The notes under the pieces were generated by a model. It saw only the letters and a program-made list of their open reading frames with translations, ran no database searches and had not been told where the DNA came from. A DNA stretch of 46,959 nucleotides, taken from NCBI GenBank assembly GCA_023128455.1, contig JAGMDW010000132.1, forward strand, positions 1 to 46,959, written 5' to 3'. Positions 1-8,929 of this stretch are shown piece after piece (the stretch's first letter is position 1; every line of letters begins with the position of its first letter). The DNA comes from Desulfurellaceae bacterium (lineage in GTDB: Bacteria > Campylobacterota_A > Desulfurellia > JAGGSF01). Made by a program: the position numbers and the translations under genes.

Positions 1-53
1 GACATCGCCCTTTCACGGCGAAAACGTGGGTTCAAGTCCCGCTGGGGACGCCA
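1..53 (+). tRNA. tRNA-Glu (anticodon UUC), 3' portion only; the 5' part lies off-window
   Basis: Anticodon stem CGCC/GGCG with loop CTTTCAC (anticodon TTC). T-arm GTGGG-TTCAAGT-CCCGC. Acceptor 3' strand followed by an encoded CCA at 51-53. Confidence 0.85.
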
Positions 54-73
54 AATATTAGAAGGAGGTTGTT

Positions 74-349
74 ATGAAAAAAGCAGACTTGGTAAGTAAA
101 ATCGCTAAATCTACAAACTTAAGTAAGGTCAGTGTAAAGGAAGTAGTTGATGCTGCCATCGAACAAATTATGGATGCAGTGAGTGAGGGTGAAAAGGTTA
201 GTTTCGTAGGTTTTGGCACTTTTGATGTCAGTAACAGAGCGCAGAGAACAGGGAGAAATCCTCGTACCGGAGAGAAAATAACCATTAAAGCATCTAAGTT
301 GCCAAAGTTTAAATGCGGTAGGATTTTTAAGGAAATGGTTAATAAATAA
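74..349 (+). CDS. hup: HU/IHF-family nucleoid-associated DNA-binding protein (91 aa)
   Basis: AGGAGG at 63-68, 5 nt before the ATG. Typical HU length and sequence (MKKADLVSKIA..., GFGTF, RNPRTGE arm). Confidence 0.95.
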   Translation: MKKADLVSKIAKSTNLSKVSVKEVVDAAIEQIMDAVSEGEKVSFVGFGTFDVSNRAQRTGRNPRTGEKITIKASKLPKFKCGRIFKEMVNK

Positions 350-358
350 CAGAAGAAA

Positions 359-430
359 GGGCGAGTAGCTCAGGGGAAGAGCGCCTGCCTTACAAGCAGG
401 AAGTCGCAGGTTCAAATCCTGCCTTGCCCA
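359..430 (+). tRNA. tRNA-Val (anticodon UAC), no encoded CCA
   Basis: Hand-folded 72-nt cloverleaf: acceptor GGGCGAG/CTTGCCC, D-arm GCTC/GAGC, anticodon arm CCTGC-CTTACAA-GCAGG, T-arm GCAGG-TTCAAAT-CCTGC, discriminator A. Confidence 0.9.
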
Positions 431-438
431 CTGCGAAC

Positions 439-515
439 GGGGCTGTAGTTCAGCTGGTTAGAACGCCGGCCTGTCACGCCGGAGGTCGCGGGTTCAAGTC
501 CCGTCGGCCCCGCCA
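439..515 (+). tRNA. tRNA-Asp (anticodon GUC), CCA encoded
   Basis: Hand-folded 77-nt cloverleaf: acceptor GGGGCTG/CGGCCCC, anticodon arm CCGGC-CTGTCAC-GCCGG, T-arm GCGGG-TTCAAGT-CCCGT, then GCCA. Confidence 0.92.
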
Positions 516-1475
516 TTAACGGGATTTCTTCTTTGCAAACTGAAGTAGTTTTTTATCCTCTATACCTCTTTTATGAATAACTACACTTTCTATTGAAGTA
601 CATGTCACTTTGGATCTGTTCAATCCTGCCATACATCCGTTCTTTCCTTTCAAAAGACTCTCTGTTGCCTTTACAGCAAAACGGAAAGCTAACAATCTAT
701 CAAATACCGTAGGAGAACCACCACGCTGTATATGCCCCAACACTGTCATCCTCGTATCAAATTCCGCATCTCTTAATTTACCCAGCATTTCTCCCGTGGC
801 CCTTGTTCCTTCCGACACTACTATCATACTATAGATTTTACCACTTCTGTGCTCTTTTCCTAACCGTTCTATTATGGAATCTACATCAAACTTTACCTCG
901 GGAATGAGTACCGCATCTGCCCCTGAGGCAAGAGCAGTTGTTGCCGCTAAATAACCGCACTTTCTTCCCATAGTTTCCACCACAAATGCTCTGCCGTGAG
1001 AAGAGGCGGTATATCGTATAATATCCAAAGCCTGGATAATTACATTCAAAGCCGTATCCACCCCTAATGCTATATCTGTCCCATATATATCGTTGTCAAT
1101 AGAGGCTGGTATGCCAACTACAGGAACACCTGCCTTATATAACTTTTCCACTCCTCTCATTGAACCATTGCCACCAATTACAACCAATCCTTCTATGCCG
1201 TTTTTAGCTATTACATTTAAAGCCTTTTTAAAAACATATTCTTCTTTAAATCGAGGATAACGAGATGTCATTAAAAATGTCCCTCCCTTTTGAACCGCAT
1301 CCTCAATAACCTTAAAATCTATCTTTTTACAATTGCCATTAACCAAACCTTTGTAGCCCTCAAAAATAGCTACCACCTCTACATTGTTCATAAAAGCTTC
1401 TGCTGCAACACCTTTTATTGCTGCATTCATCCCCGAACAATCCCCTCCACTGGTCAAAACAGCTATCTTTTTCAT
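516..1475 (-). CDS. pfkA: ATP-dependent 6-phosphofructokinase
   Basis: PFK motifs TSGGDCSGMNAAIKG, IGGNGS and PASIDNDIYGTD. The ORF-track start at 1487 is a GTG inside a GTGA overlap with the tsaD stop. The ATG at 1475 has GAGGA upstream and gives the usual MKKIAVLTSGGD start, so I prefer it. Confidence 0.92.
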   Translation of the reverse strand: MKKIAVLTSGGDCSGMNAAIKGVAAEAFMNNVEVVAIFEGYKGLVNGNCKKIDFKVIEDAVQKGGTFLMTSRYPRFKEEYVFKKALNVIAKNGIEGLVVIGGNGSMRGVEKLYKAGVPVVGIPASIDNDIYGTDIALGVDTALNVIIQALDIIRYTASSHGRAFVVETMGRKCGYLAATTALASGADAVLIPEVKFDVDSIIERLGKEHRSGKIYSMIVVSEGTRATGEMLGKLRDAEFDTRMTVLGHIQRGGSPTVFDRLLAFRFAVKATESLLKGKNGCMAGLNRSKVTCTSIESVVIHKRGIEDKKLLQFAKKKSR

Positions 1476-1483
1476 CTTTATCC

Positions 1484-2470
1484 TCACAAATTTAAATGTG
1501 GTTCAGCATCTATGCTATTATAATCAAAAGTAGCCCGATCCTTATTTTTATATGCAACCATAGCGACCATAGCCCCATTGTCCATACATAGATTGGGAGA
1601 AGGGAAGTAAATTTCAATATTCTTTCTATCACACATGTCATAAAGTACTTCCCTTAAGCGAGAGTTACAGGCAACGCCGCCGCCTATTACCATTCTTTTT
1701 ACCCCTGTTATATCTGCTGCTTTAAAAAGCCTCTTTACTATCACATCAACCACGGATTCCTGAAAAGAAGCAGCAATGTTTGCCACATCGGTTTTTGACA
1801 ATTTACCCAAGTTTTCAACACACTTTTTGACAGCCGTTTTTACACCACTGAAACTGAAATTCAATGTTTCTTTTTTCTCCAAAGCCCTGGGAATATTAAA
1901 GAATGTAGCACTTCCTGTTTTTGACAAGCTGTCAATAACTGGTCCGCCTGGAAAGGAAAAGCCCAACAGACGCGAAACTTTATCAAATGCCTCTCCTGCC
2001 GCATCGTCCAATGTTTTTCCCAAAAGTTTATAATTTTTCTCACCTGAAACCAAATAAAGATGTGTATGACCTCCGGAAATGACCAATGCCAAAAATGGAT
2101 ATTCAACATTATGCTCCAAAAATATGGCGTTGATATGCCCCTCTATATGGTTTACCGACACTATAGGGATATCTCTTTCATAGCAAAAGGCTTTAGCAAA
2201 ACAAACACCAACCAACAAAGAGGGCATAAGCCCCGGACCCACAGTAACCCCTACCATATCCATTTGAGAAACACCTGCTTCCGTCATCGCTTTCTCTACA
2301 CAAAGAGAAATTGCCTCGGTATGCATGCGAGCAGCCATTTCTGGAACTATTCCTCCAAATCGTGCATGCACTTCATTCTGGTCAATAATCACATTAGATT
2401 TCAATATTGTATCTTCCAACACAGCACAGGAGGTATCATCACAGGAAGTATCTATACCTAAAATGTACAT
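1484..2470 (-). CDS. tsaD: tRNA N6-adenosine threonylcarbamoyltransferase (Kae1/TsaD family)
   Basis: 328 aa. N-terminus ILGIDTSCDDTS, HIEGH metal motif, and a length typical of TsaD. Confidence 0.94.
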   Translation of the reverse strand: MYILGIDTSCDDTSCAVLEDTILKSNVIIDQNEVHARFGGIVPEMAARMHTEAISLCVEKAMTEAGVSQMDMVGVTVGPGLMPSLLVGVCFAKAFCYERDIPIVSVNHIEGHINAIFLEHNVEYPFLALVISGGHTHLYLVSGEKNYKLLGKTLDDAAGEAFDKVSRLLGFSFPGGPVIDSLSKTGSATFFNIPRALEKKETLNFSFSGVKTAVKKCVENLGKLSKTDVANIAASFQESVVDVIVKRLFKAADITGVKRMVIGGGVACNSRLREVLYDMCDRKNIEIYFPSPNLCMDNGAMVAMVAYKNKDRATFDYNSIDAEPHLNL

Positions 2471-3330
2471 AAATTCCTCTTTATATCCACAATCTGAATA
2501 TTACTTTCATTCAAATCACCAATGGACTCTCTCAATGCCTTATATGTTATTTTATTACAATGAGCAATGGCTACTACCCGACCCTTCTTGCGAGCAGTAT
2601 ATAACGCATTGTTCAATTGTTTTTTAATATAGGAAACATCTTTTATATTATCTAAGAATACATCTCTCTTGGCAAAAGGAATGCCTTCGTCCTCTGCTTC
2701 TAAATAACCAATACTATAAGGTGTAGTCATACTGTCCACAAAGAATAGGGATTTTTGTTTTAAAAATCGCATCATTACATCCATCTTGTCCGCAGACTGA
2801 CTAAACTGAGAACCTTCATGAATATTTAATCCCTCGGCAAAAGGTACATTTTTATATGCCTTCTCCAATCTTTTGGTAATTTCTTCCTCTGATGCATCAA
2901 CAAACAATGCCCCCGGGCCCAAGCCGTGAAACGGATGATGAATGGGTTCACAAGGCATATGCAACATCACTGTATAACCCATCTCATGAAGCTTGTTCGC
3001 AATTTTCCCCGTATGAGGAGCATAAGGAAGACAAGAAAAGACAAGAGGAATGTTAAGTCGAGCAAACATCAACGCCAACCTTTCGTCGTATCCCACATCA
3101 TCAATAATAATAGAAATTTTTCCCTTAAAGACTTTTTTCTTTACATTCGTTAATGCAATTTTCTTAGGTTCTGGTTTCTTGATCGTAGGTTTTTCTTCAG
3201 GTAACTTTGATAATTTAATCGTTGCCACTGGTAGTGATACTTGTCTTTTCTTGTGAACATAATTCCCCACAAAGTATACTACAGTACCTACGCAATAAAG
3301 ATAAATAATAATTTGAAGGGCTCTTTTCAT
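2458..3330 (-). CDS. Divergent polysaccharide deacetylase family protein (YibQ-like), N-terminal membrane anchor
   Basis: 290 aa. One N-terminal TM helix, then ISIIIDDVGYD...LPYAPH...MLHMPCEP, which matches the YibQ-type pattern. It sits downstream of envC-like/ctpA, as yibQ does in enterobacteria. Confidence 0.72.
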   Translation of the reverse strand: MKRALQIIIYLYCVGTVVYFVGNYVHKKRQVSLPVATIKLSKLPEEKPTIKKPEPKKIALTNVKKKVFKGKISIIIDDVGYDERLALMFARLNIPLVFSCLPYAPHTGKIANKLHEMGYTVMLHMPCEPIHHPFHGLGPGALFVDASEEEITKRLEKAYKNVPFAEGLNIHEGSQFSQSADKMDVMMRFLKQKSLFFVDSMTTPYSIGYLEAEDEGIPFAKRDVFLDNIKDVSYIKKQLNNALYTARKKGRVVAIAHCNKITYKALRESIGDLNESNIQIVDIKRNLCTF

Positions 3331-3333
3331 TTC

Positions 3334-4575
3334 CTACTTGTGCTTTATAATTTCAATAGCCTTTAAGAGACCAATAGCTCTGGAAAGCTGATAATCCTCT
3401 ACCTTTTTGGTTTTAGTTTCTGCCTTTTTTAAAGCTTCAAGATGGTGGGGTAGATTTTCTTCCCTTAGTACCTTGTTTTCCTTTATCTCTAATTTGCCCT
3501 GCGGCACATATATATCAGGAGTAATACCTAAAGCCTGAATGCATCTTCCAGATGGCGTATAATATTCTGCCGTAGTAAGGCTAAGCGCAGAACCATCTCC
3601 CATTGGGAATATCGTCTGCACACTTCCCTTACCAAAACTCTTTGTTCCCATAATAATGGCTCTCTTGTGATCCTGAAGGCAACCGGCCAAAATCTCCGAT
3701 GCACTGGCTGAACCACCATTTATCAAAATTACAATCGGATAAGCAGACTCATATCCAGTATTCTTAGCATAATATATCTTGTCTTGCGTTTTCACCCTCC
3801 CTTTAGTGGAAACAATCAAGCCGTCTTTTATAAACAAGTCTGCGACCCCAATCGCTTCCGAAAGAAGTCCACCTGGATCGTTTCTCAAATCAATAACTAA
3901 ACCATTTATCTTCCCAGAAAATTTTTTTAAAACCTTTTTAGCTTCTTTTGTTGTTCCATCCTGAAACTGTAATATATGAAGATAGCCAATTTTAGGAGAA
4001 ACCATCTCATGTTTTACAGATTTTATATGAATTATATCCCTCACAATAGTGATATCTATAGGTTTCTTAGCCCCCTCTCTGGACACTATTATTTTAACCT
4101 TTGTCTGGGGTTTTCCTCTTAAAATCTTTACCACTTCCTTCAATGACATACCCAAGGTACTCTTGCCATCTATACTCATAATTATATCGCCTGCTTTCAC
4201 CCCCGCTCTATAAGCAGGCGTATCTTCTATGGGAGAAATTACTGTGAGCAATTTATCCTTAATTGTTATCTCTATTCCTACACCACCAAACTTTCCCTTC
4301 GTTAAAACCTCTAATTCTTTAAATTCGTCCTCATTCATATAGGAAGAGTGAGGATCTAAAGAACTCACCATTCCTTTGATAGCTGAGCCTATAAGTTCTT
4401 TATCGTTCACGTTTTTAACATACTGTTTCTCTACAGTCGCAAGCACATCAGAAAAAGTTTTCAGCTTGGCATATTTCCCTTTATTTTCTACACGAGCCGA
4501 AATAGAAACAACACTCAAAGCAAATAATACAACAATAAAAACAAAGATTAAAAAACCAGTGTTTTTTCTTTTCAT
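3334..4575 (-). CDS. ctpA: Carboxy-terminal processing protease (peptidase S41) with PDZ domain
   Basis: 413 aa. Signal/anchor sequence, PDZ-like GGVGIEI...AGVKAGDII, catalytic Ser context GGSASASEI and Lys context SFGKGSVQ. Confidence 0.92.
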   Translation of the reverse strand: MKRKNTGFLIFVFIVVLFALSVVSISARVENKGKYAKLKTFSDVLATVEKQYVKNVNDKELIGSAIKGMVSSLDPHSSYMNEDEFKELEVLTKGKFGGVGIEITIKDKLLTVISPIEDTPAYRAGVKAGDIIMSIDGKSTLGMSLKEVVKILRGKPQTKVKIIVSREGAKKPIDITIVRDIIHIKSVKHEMVSPKIGYLHILQFQDGTTKEAKKVLKKFSGKINGLVIDLRNDPGGLLSEAIGVADLFIKDGLIVSTKGRVKTQDKIYYAKNTGYESAYPIVILINGGSASASEILAGCLQDHKRAIIMGTKSFGKGSVQTIFPMGDGSALSLTTAEYYTPSGRCIQALGITPDIYVPQGKLEIKENKVLREENLPHHLEALKKAETKTKKVEDYQLSRAIGLLKAIEIIKHK

Positions 4576-5729
4576 CTTTTTCTCCTTATATTTTTACAGT
4601 TCAACCAATTCAAAGGATTCAATGCTAATATTCGTTTTCTTAACTCAAAATGCAAACATTCTGTCACTTTCCCCAGCTGTCTGCCTGCAACTACACTATC
4701 ATGTTCTCTTACATCTACGGTATCCATCCCCGCATAGATAGTATAATATTTATTCAAATGATTCAATATAATTGTTCCACCGTACCCTGGTACATCGCCC
4801 ACATAGTCCACATATCCCGAATAAACTGCATAAACACTCTCTTTTTTATCTACCCTAACATCTATCCCGTTATTCTTAGTGTAAATCCCTATTACTTTAT
4901 CATATTTCTTTCCGAATTCGCCAATTATTGTACCTCTTCTCACTGGAAATATCAATTTCCTCTTAAGTAAATAAAAGGGCTTTCTTACTGCTTCTTTTTT
5001 ATATGTATACCTCTTCTTCAATTTCTCTTTAACAATTTTTACCAACAATGCCTCTAAATATCTTCTTCTCTTCTTCAATTTGTAAACTTGAGATACATAC
5101 ATTCTTTTGCTATGTTTAAGTGATGCCAATAGATAACCTTTTTTCTTTTTCTCTTGAATCAACGCTTTTTCCTGCCCATTTATCCGAGATACTGCTTTTT
5201 TCTTCCTAAAAACAAGTATTCTTAACCAGTTCTCATCTTTTTGCAGTCTTTCCAGTTTACCTGTATATTTCAAGATGCTTTCTTTAAAAACATCGGCAGT
5301 TTTCCCTAACATACACATTGTCCAGGAGGGAGATATATCTCTGCAAGAGGGAACATACTGCTCTTTCCTGAAAGATGTGACGAGAAAAGTCTTAAAATGA
5401 GCGTTTAAAAGCTCTCGGTTGTCTCCTATTTCTCTTTTTAAATATCCTATATTACCTTGCAACAGCGAAATGTGCTTTTCAATTTTTCTTACTTCAGTTT
5501 TGCCTTGCCTGATCTTTCCGTGAAGTTTTCCTATTCGCTTGTCAATAGATATAATTTCTTTCTTTGTCTTAAAATATTTCTCTCTAATCATGCTAAGTTT
5601 CTTTGTTTTCTTCTTTATTTTGCCCTTCACTTCTTTTAATTCTGTATGAATATGCGTGGTTTTATCTGCACAAAACACATTTGTAGAAAAGAGAAATAGT
5701 AAGAGAATCAGAAAACTAAACCTTTTCAT
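4572..5729 (-). CDS. envC: EnvC-like murein hydrolase activator: signal peptide, long Lys-rich coiled coil, C-terminal degenerate LytM (M23) domain
   Basis: 385 aa. ATGA overlap with ctpA. The C-terminal M23 fold is recognisable (GIDV...GYGGTIILNH...YAGM...CLHFELRK), but the His ligands are replaced. It lies immediately downstream of ftsE-like/ftsX. Confidence 0.75.
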   Translation of the reverse strand: MKRFSFLILLLFLFSTNVFCADKTTHIHTELKEVKGKIKKKTKKLSMIREKYFKTKKEIISIDKRIGKLHGKIRQGKTEVRKIEKHISLLQGNIGYLKREIGDNRELLNAHFKTFLVTSFRKEQYVPSCRDISPSWTMCMLGKTADVFKESILKYTGKLERLQKDENWLRILVFRKKKAVSRINGQEKALIQEKKKKGYLLASLKHSKRMYVSQVYKLKKRRRYLEALLVKIVKEKLKKRYTYKKEAVRKPFYLLKRKLIFPVRRGTIIGEFGKKYDKVIGIYTKNNGIDVRVDKKESVYAVYSGYVDYVGDVPGYGGTIILNHLNKYYTIYAGMDTVDVREHDSVVAGRQLGKVTECLHFELRKRILALNPLNWLNCKNIRRKR

Positions 5730-6582
5730 TCCTTACAGCGAAAAGTGTACATAAAAACAAAACAAATATATTGAACAAAACTGCTATCAAAGAAAATCCA
5801 CAGGCGGATAGAAAATCAGAGTTGCCCAAAAACGCTAAATTCTGTATAAAGTCCCTTATAAAAACAACAACCCCAAGGGATGTAACCGCAGCCAAGACTA
5901 TCCCTGCAAAGCCTATAAGAAACAATCCACTCATTAAAAGTAGCTTTATTTTCTCTGAACTACATCCTAAAAGTTTTAATGTTAATACATCTTCTCTTAA
6001 ATTGAGATAAAACAGCCTGCCCGTTAATAAAAAAATGGCGATTTCTATTATAATAAAACCACATAAAAACAGAAGAGAAAAGGATAGAAAATGCTTGTAA
6101 GAATGCTCGTAGGACATAATAAGTCGCGATGGGAGGAGAACATCTTCCACGCTTGAATACCGAAGCAGCTCATTCTTTATACTGTTCATCTCTTTTTCTT
6201 TTAAGAAACGAGGTTTTACAAAAATATCTGCAGAGTACGGGAGGGGATTGGAAAAATGCCTGGGTAATTTTACTCCCATATTCTTTTCCACCATATTCAA
6301 AGCCTGTTTTGAAGAAATGAGATTTAATGATTTTATCCATTCTTTACTTTTTACACGCATACAAACATCATCTACCTTCTTAGATGGAGCATTCTCATGA
6401 AATATGATATACATATGAGCACGAGATTTAACTACATTAAACCGACAATTGATAAGCAAAAAAACCAAAACAAGCAAAACAAGCACCAAGGTAAGGAGAA
6501 AGGATGTAAAAAAACATGTTCCGCTTAGTGTTTTATTTTTACCCAGGATCTTGGTTATATATCCCATATAATTTACCACCAT
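5716..6582 (-). CDS. ftsX: FtsX-like ABC transporter permease (cell-division type)
   Basis: 288 aa. Topology is TM1, a ~100-aa extracytoplasmic domain, then three C-terminal TM helices. It overlaps the ftsE-like gene. The start is uncertain (6582 or the ATG at 6567). Confidence 0.8.
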   Translation of the reverse strand: MVVNYMGYITKILGKNKTLSGTCFFTSFLLTLVLVLLVLVFLLINCRFNVVKSRAHMYIIFHENAPSKKVDDVCMRVKSKEWIKSLNLISSKQALNMVEKNMGVKLPRHFSNPLPYSADIFVKPRFLKEKEMNSIKNELLRYSSVEDVLLPSRLIMSYEHSYKHFLSFSLLFLCGFIIIEIAIFLLTGRLFYLNLREDVLTLKLLGCSSEKIKLLLMSGLFLIGFAGIVLAAVTSLGVVVFIRDFIQNLAFLGNSDFLSACGFSLIAVLFNIFVLFLCTLFAVRNEKV

Positions 6583-7225
6583 TCAACACAAAGCTCTTTC
6601 CTTCTAACGAAGAAAGCTCCTTGCCAGAAAATAGAAGAATGCCCTTATCCTTGCAAAAGTCCCCTTTTAGTATATCTATCACCTTTCCAACAGAAGAAGG
6701 GGAAAGACATCTAAATGGCTCATCAGCTAAAATAATGGGGGCATCAAGAGAAAAGATCATAGCCAAAGAAAGCCTTGCTTTTTCTCCGGGAGAAAGAAAT
6801 ATGACCTTTTTTTTAAAGACATCTCTCAAATCTAATTGAGACAAAAACCGCTCTATCAAAGGCATAAATGCCGTCTTTTTTCTACCCCTCATCTTATTGA
6901 TAAATAGAAGATTATCTAAGACATTCATATACTCAAACAAGCGAAAATTCTCAAAAAAAACGCTTATATATTGTCTCAGCAATAAGATATGCTCATACTT
7001 TTTCAACTCGGATGTATCCGCCCCCATTATGTTCACCCTACCTCTTTCAGGGTAAATGCTACATAAAATAATCTTAAGTAATGTGCTTTTTCCAGAACCT
7101 TCATCTCCTATAATCTTTATTACATCGCCTTTTTTTAAGCATAAATTTACCCCTTGCAGGACCCAGTTGACCCTATCGTATGTTTTATATATGTCTTCCA
7201 AAAGAACTAATTCTTCTTCAACCAT
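6539..7225 (-). CDS. ftsE: FtsE-like ABC ATPase with non-canonical Q-, D- and H-loops
   Basis: 228 aa. Walker A GDEGSGKST, signature LSPGEKAR, Walker B IILADEP. Paired with ftsX. Confidence 0.78.
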   Translation of the reverse strand: MVEEELVLLEDIYKTYDRVNWVLQGVNLCLKKGDVIKIIGDEGSGKSTLLKIILCSIYPERGRVNIMGADTSELKKYEHILLLRQYISVFFENFRLFEYMNVLDNLLFINKMRGRKKTAFMPLIERFLSQLDLRDVFKKKVIFLSPGEKARLSLAMIFSLDAPIILADEPFRCLSPSSVGKVIDILKGDFCKDKGILLFSGKELSSLEGKSFVLNGGKLYGIYNQDPG

Positions 7226-8130
7226 TCTCTCACTGTATTGCTAATACCGGCTGCATTAAACCCAAATTTACACAGAAGGTCATCACCGGTGCCTGACTCA
7301 CCAAAAACATCGGGTATTCCTATACGCTTTAGTTTAATAGGATAATGTTCGCTCAAAAATTCTGCCACCGCACTACCCAAACCCCCAAAGATTGTATGTT
7401 CCTCTATGGTTACCATTTTCTTCGTTGATTTAGCAAAATCATAAAGCATCTCTTCATCAATAGGTTTCACCGTAGCCATATCTATTACAGATGCATCTAT
7501 CCCCTCTTTCTCCAGCAATTTCGCCGCTTCCAATGCATACCATACCAGAAATCCACAGGCAACCAATGTTACATCCCGTCCTGTTCTCAACGCTCTTCCT
7601 CTACCAAAAACAAAATCGCCTTCTGTAAAAACAGGAGACTTAGCCCGAGATGTTCTAATATAAACCGGTCCATCATCTTTGATGGTAGATAAAACAGCAG
7701 TGTAGGTCTCATTATAATCCGCCGGAACAACAAGCTTCATATTGGGAAGAGTTCTCATTAAAGAAATATCCAATACTGCCTGATGACTACCTCCATCCTC
7801 ACCCAGATTTATCCCTCCATGAGAACCGCACAAAACTACAGGCAATTTTTGGTATGCAATGGATTGCCTCACTGACTCAAATGCCCTTCCCGTAACAAAT
7901 ACGGCAAAAGAGGAAGCATAGGGTCTCTTGCCACACAAAGCCAATCCCGCCGATGTATCTACCATATTTGCCTCTGCAATACCCATATCAAAAAATCTCT
8001 CCGGAAAAGCTTCTTTAAACTTAACACTCTTTGTCGAACCTGCTAAATCTGCATCCAACGCCACTACATCTTTATATTTTCTCCCCAATTCAAGCAATGC
8101 ATCTCCATAAGCATCCCTAGTCGCCTTCAT
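7207..8130 (-). CDS. Transketolase, C-terminal (pyrimidine-binding) subunit
   Basis: 307 aa, MKATRDAYGDALLELG...FFDMGIAEANMV. Adjacent to the N-terminal subunit gene (split transketolase). Confidence 0.93.
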   Translation of the reverse strand: MKATRDAYGDALLELGRKYKDVVALDADLAGSTKSVKFKEAFPERFFDMGIAEANMVDTSAGLALCGKRPYASSFAVFVTGRAFESVRQSIAYQKLPVVLCGSHGGINLGEDGGSHQAVLDISLMRTLPNMKLVVPADYNETYTAVLSTIKDDGPVYIRTSRAKSPVFTEGDFVFGRGRALRTGRDVTLVACGFLVWYALEAAKLLEKEGIDASVIDMATVKPIDEEMLYDFAKSTKKMVTIEEHTIFGGLGSAVAEFLSEHYPIKLKRIGIPDVFGESGTGDDLLCKFGFNAAGISNTVREWLKKN

Positions 8131-8929
8131 CTATTTCCTCCAATGCCTTTTTCAATTCTTCATCTGTTGGAGCTACACCATGATACTCCACTTTATCTTC
8201 CATAAATGAAACCCCTCTACCTTTTATAGTATGGGCAATAATTACAGTGGGCGATCTCTTATTGTTTTTCGCCTCTTCAAATGCACTTATCAATTCAGAA
8301 AATTTGTGCCCATCAACAGATTTTGTATAAAGGCCAAAGGCCTTAAATTTCTCCTCCAGAGGATAGATGTTCATCACATCCCTGCATCTTCCATCTATCT
8401 GTAAAGTATTGTTGTCTATAACTACACATAGATTATCCAATTTATAATGGGAAGCGGACATAAAAGCCTCCCAAACCAGCCCTTCATCCATTTCTCCGTC
8501 ACCCATCAAACAATAAACACGAAATGGATTTTTGTCGAGTTTCCCGGCTAAAGCCATTCCACAAGCCTGGGGTAAACCATGAGCCAACGAACCGGTAGAA
8601 GCTTCTACCCCCGGCAAATATTTAGAATCTGGATGTCCCTGTAAGGGACTACCCAATTTTCTCAATGTCCACAACATATCACGGGGGAAAACCCCCGCCT
8701 TACTCAATACAGCGTACAAAGCAGGTGCAGCATGTCCTTTAGACAAAACAAACCTATCCCTGTTTTCATCAGATGGTTTTTTCGCGTCATAACTCATAAC
8801 CTTGAAATACAGACTAACCAATATCTCCACACAAGACAATGAACCTCCCACATGCCCCGATCCTGCCATATTGAGCATCAAAAGAATGTCTTTTCTGATC
8901 TCCTTAGCTATCTTTTCCAAGTCTTCCAT
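8117..8929 (-). CDS. Transketolase, N-terminal (thiamine-diphosphate-binding) subunit
   Basis: 270 aa with GSGHVGGSLS, SKGHAAPALYA and GDGEMDEG motifs. Confidence 0.93.
   Translation of the reverse strand: MEDLEKIAKEIRKDILLMLNMAGSGHVGGSLSCVEILVSLYFKVMSYDAKKPSDENRDRFVLSKGHAAPALYAVLSKAGVFPRDMLWTLRKLGSPLQGHPDSKYLPGVEASTGSLAHGLPQACGMALAGKLDKNPFRVYCLMGDGEMDEGLVWEAFMSASHYKLDNLCVVIDNNTLQIDGRCRDVMNIYPLEEKFKAFGLYTKSVDGHKFSELISAFEEAKNNKRSPTVIIAHTIKGRGVSFMEDKVEYHGVAPTDEELKKALEEIDEGD

Noticed and set aside
1-515. The tRNA cluster as an integration hotspot flanking a genomic island.
   Set aside because: No integrase, direct repeat of a tRNA 3' end or accessory gene follows. The adjacent genes are pfkA and tsaD.
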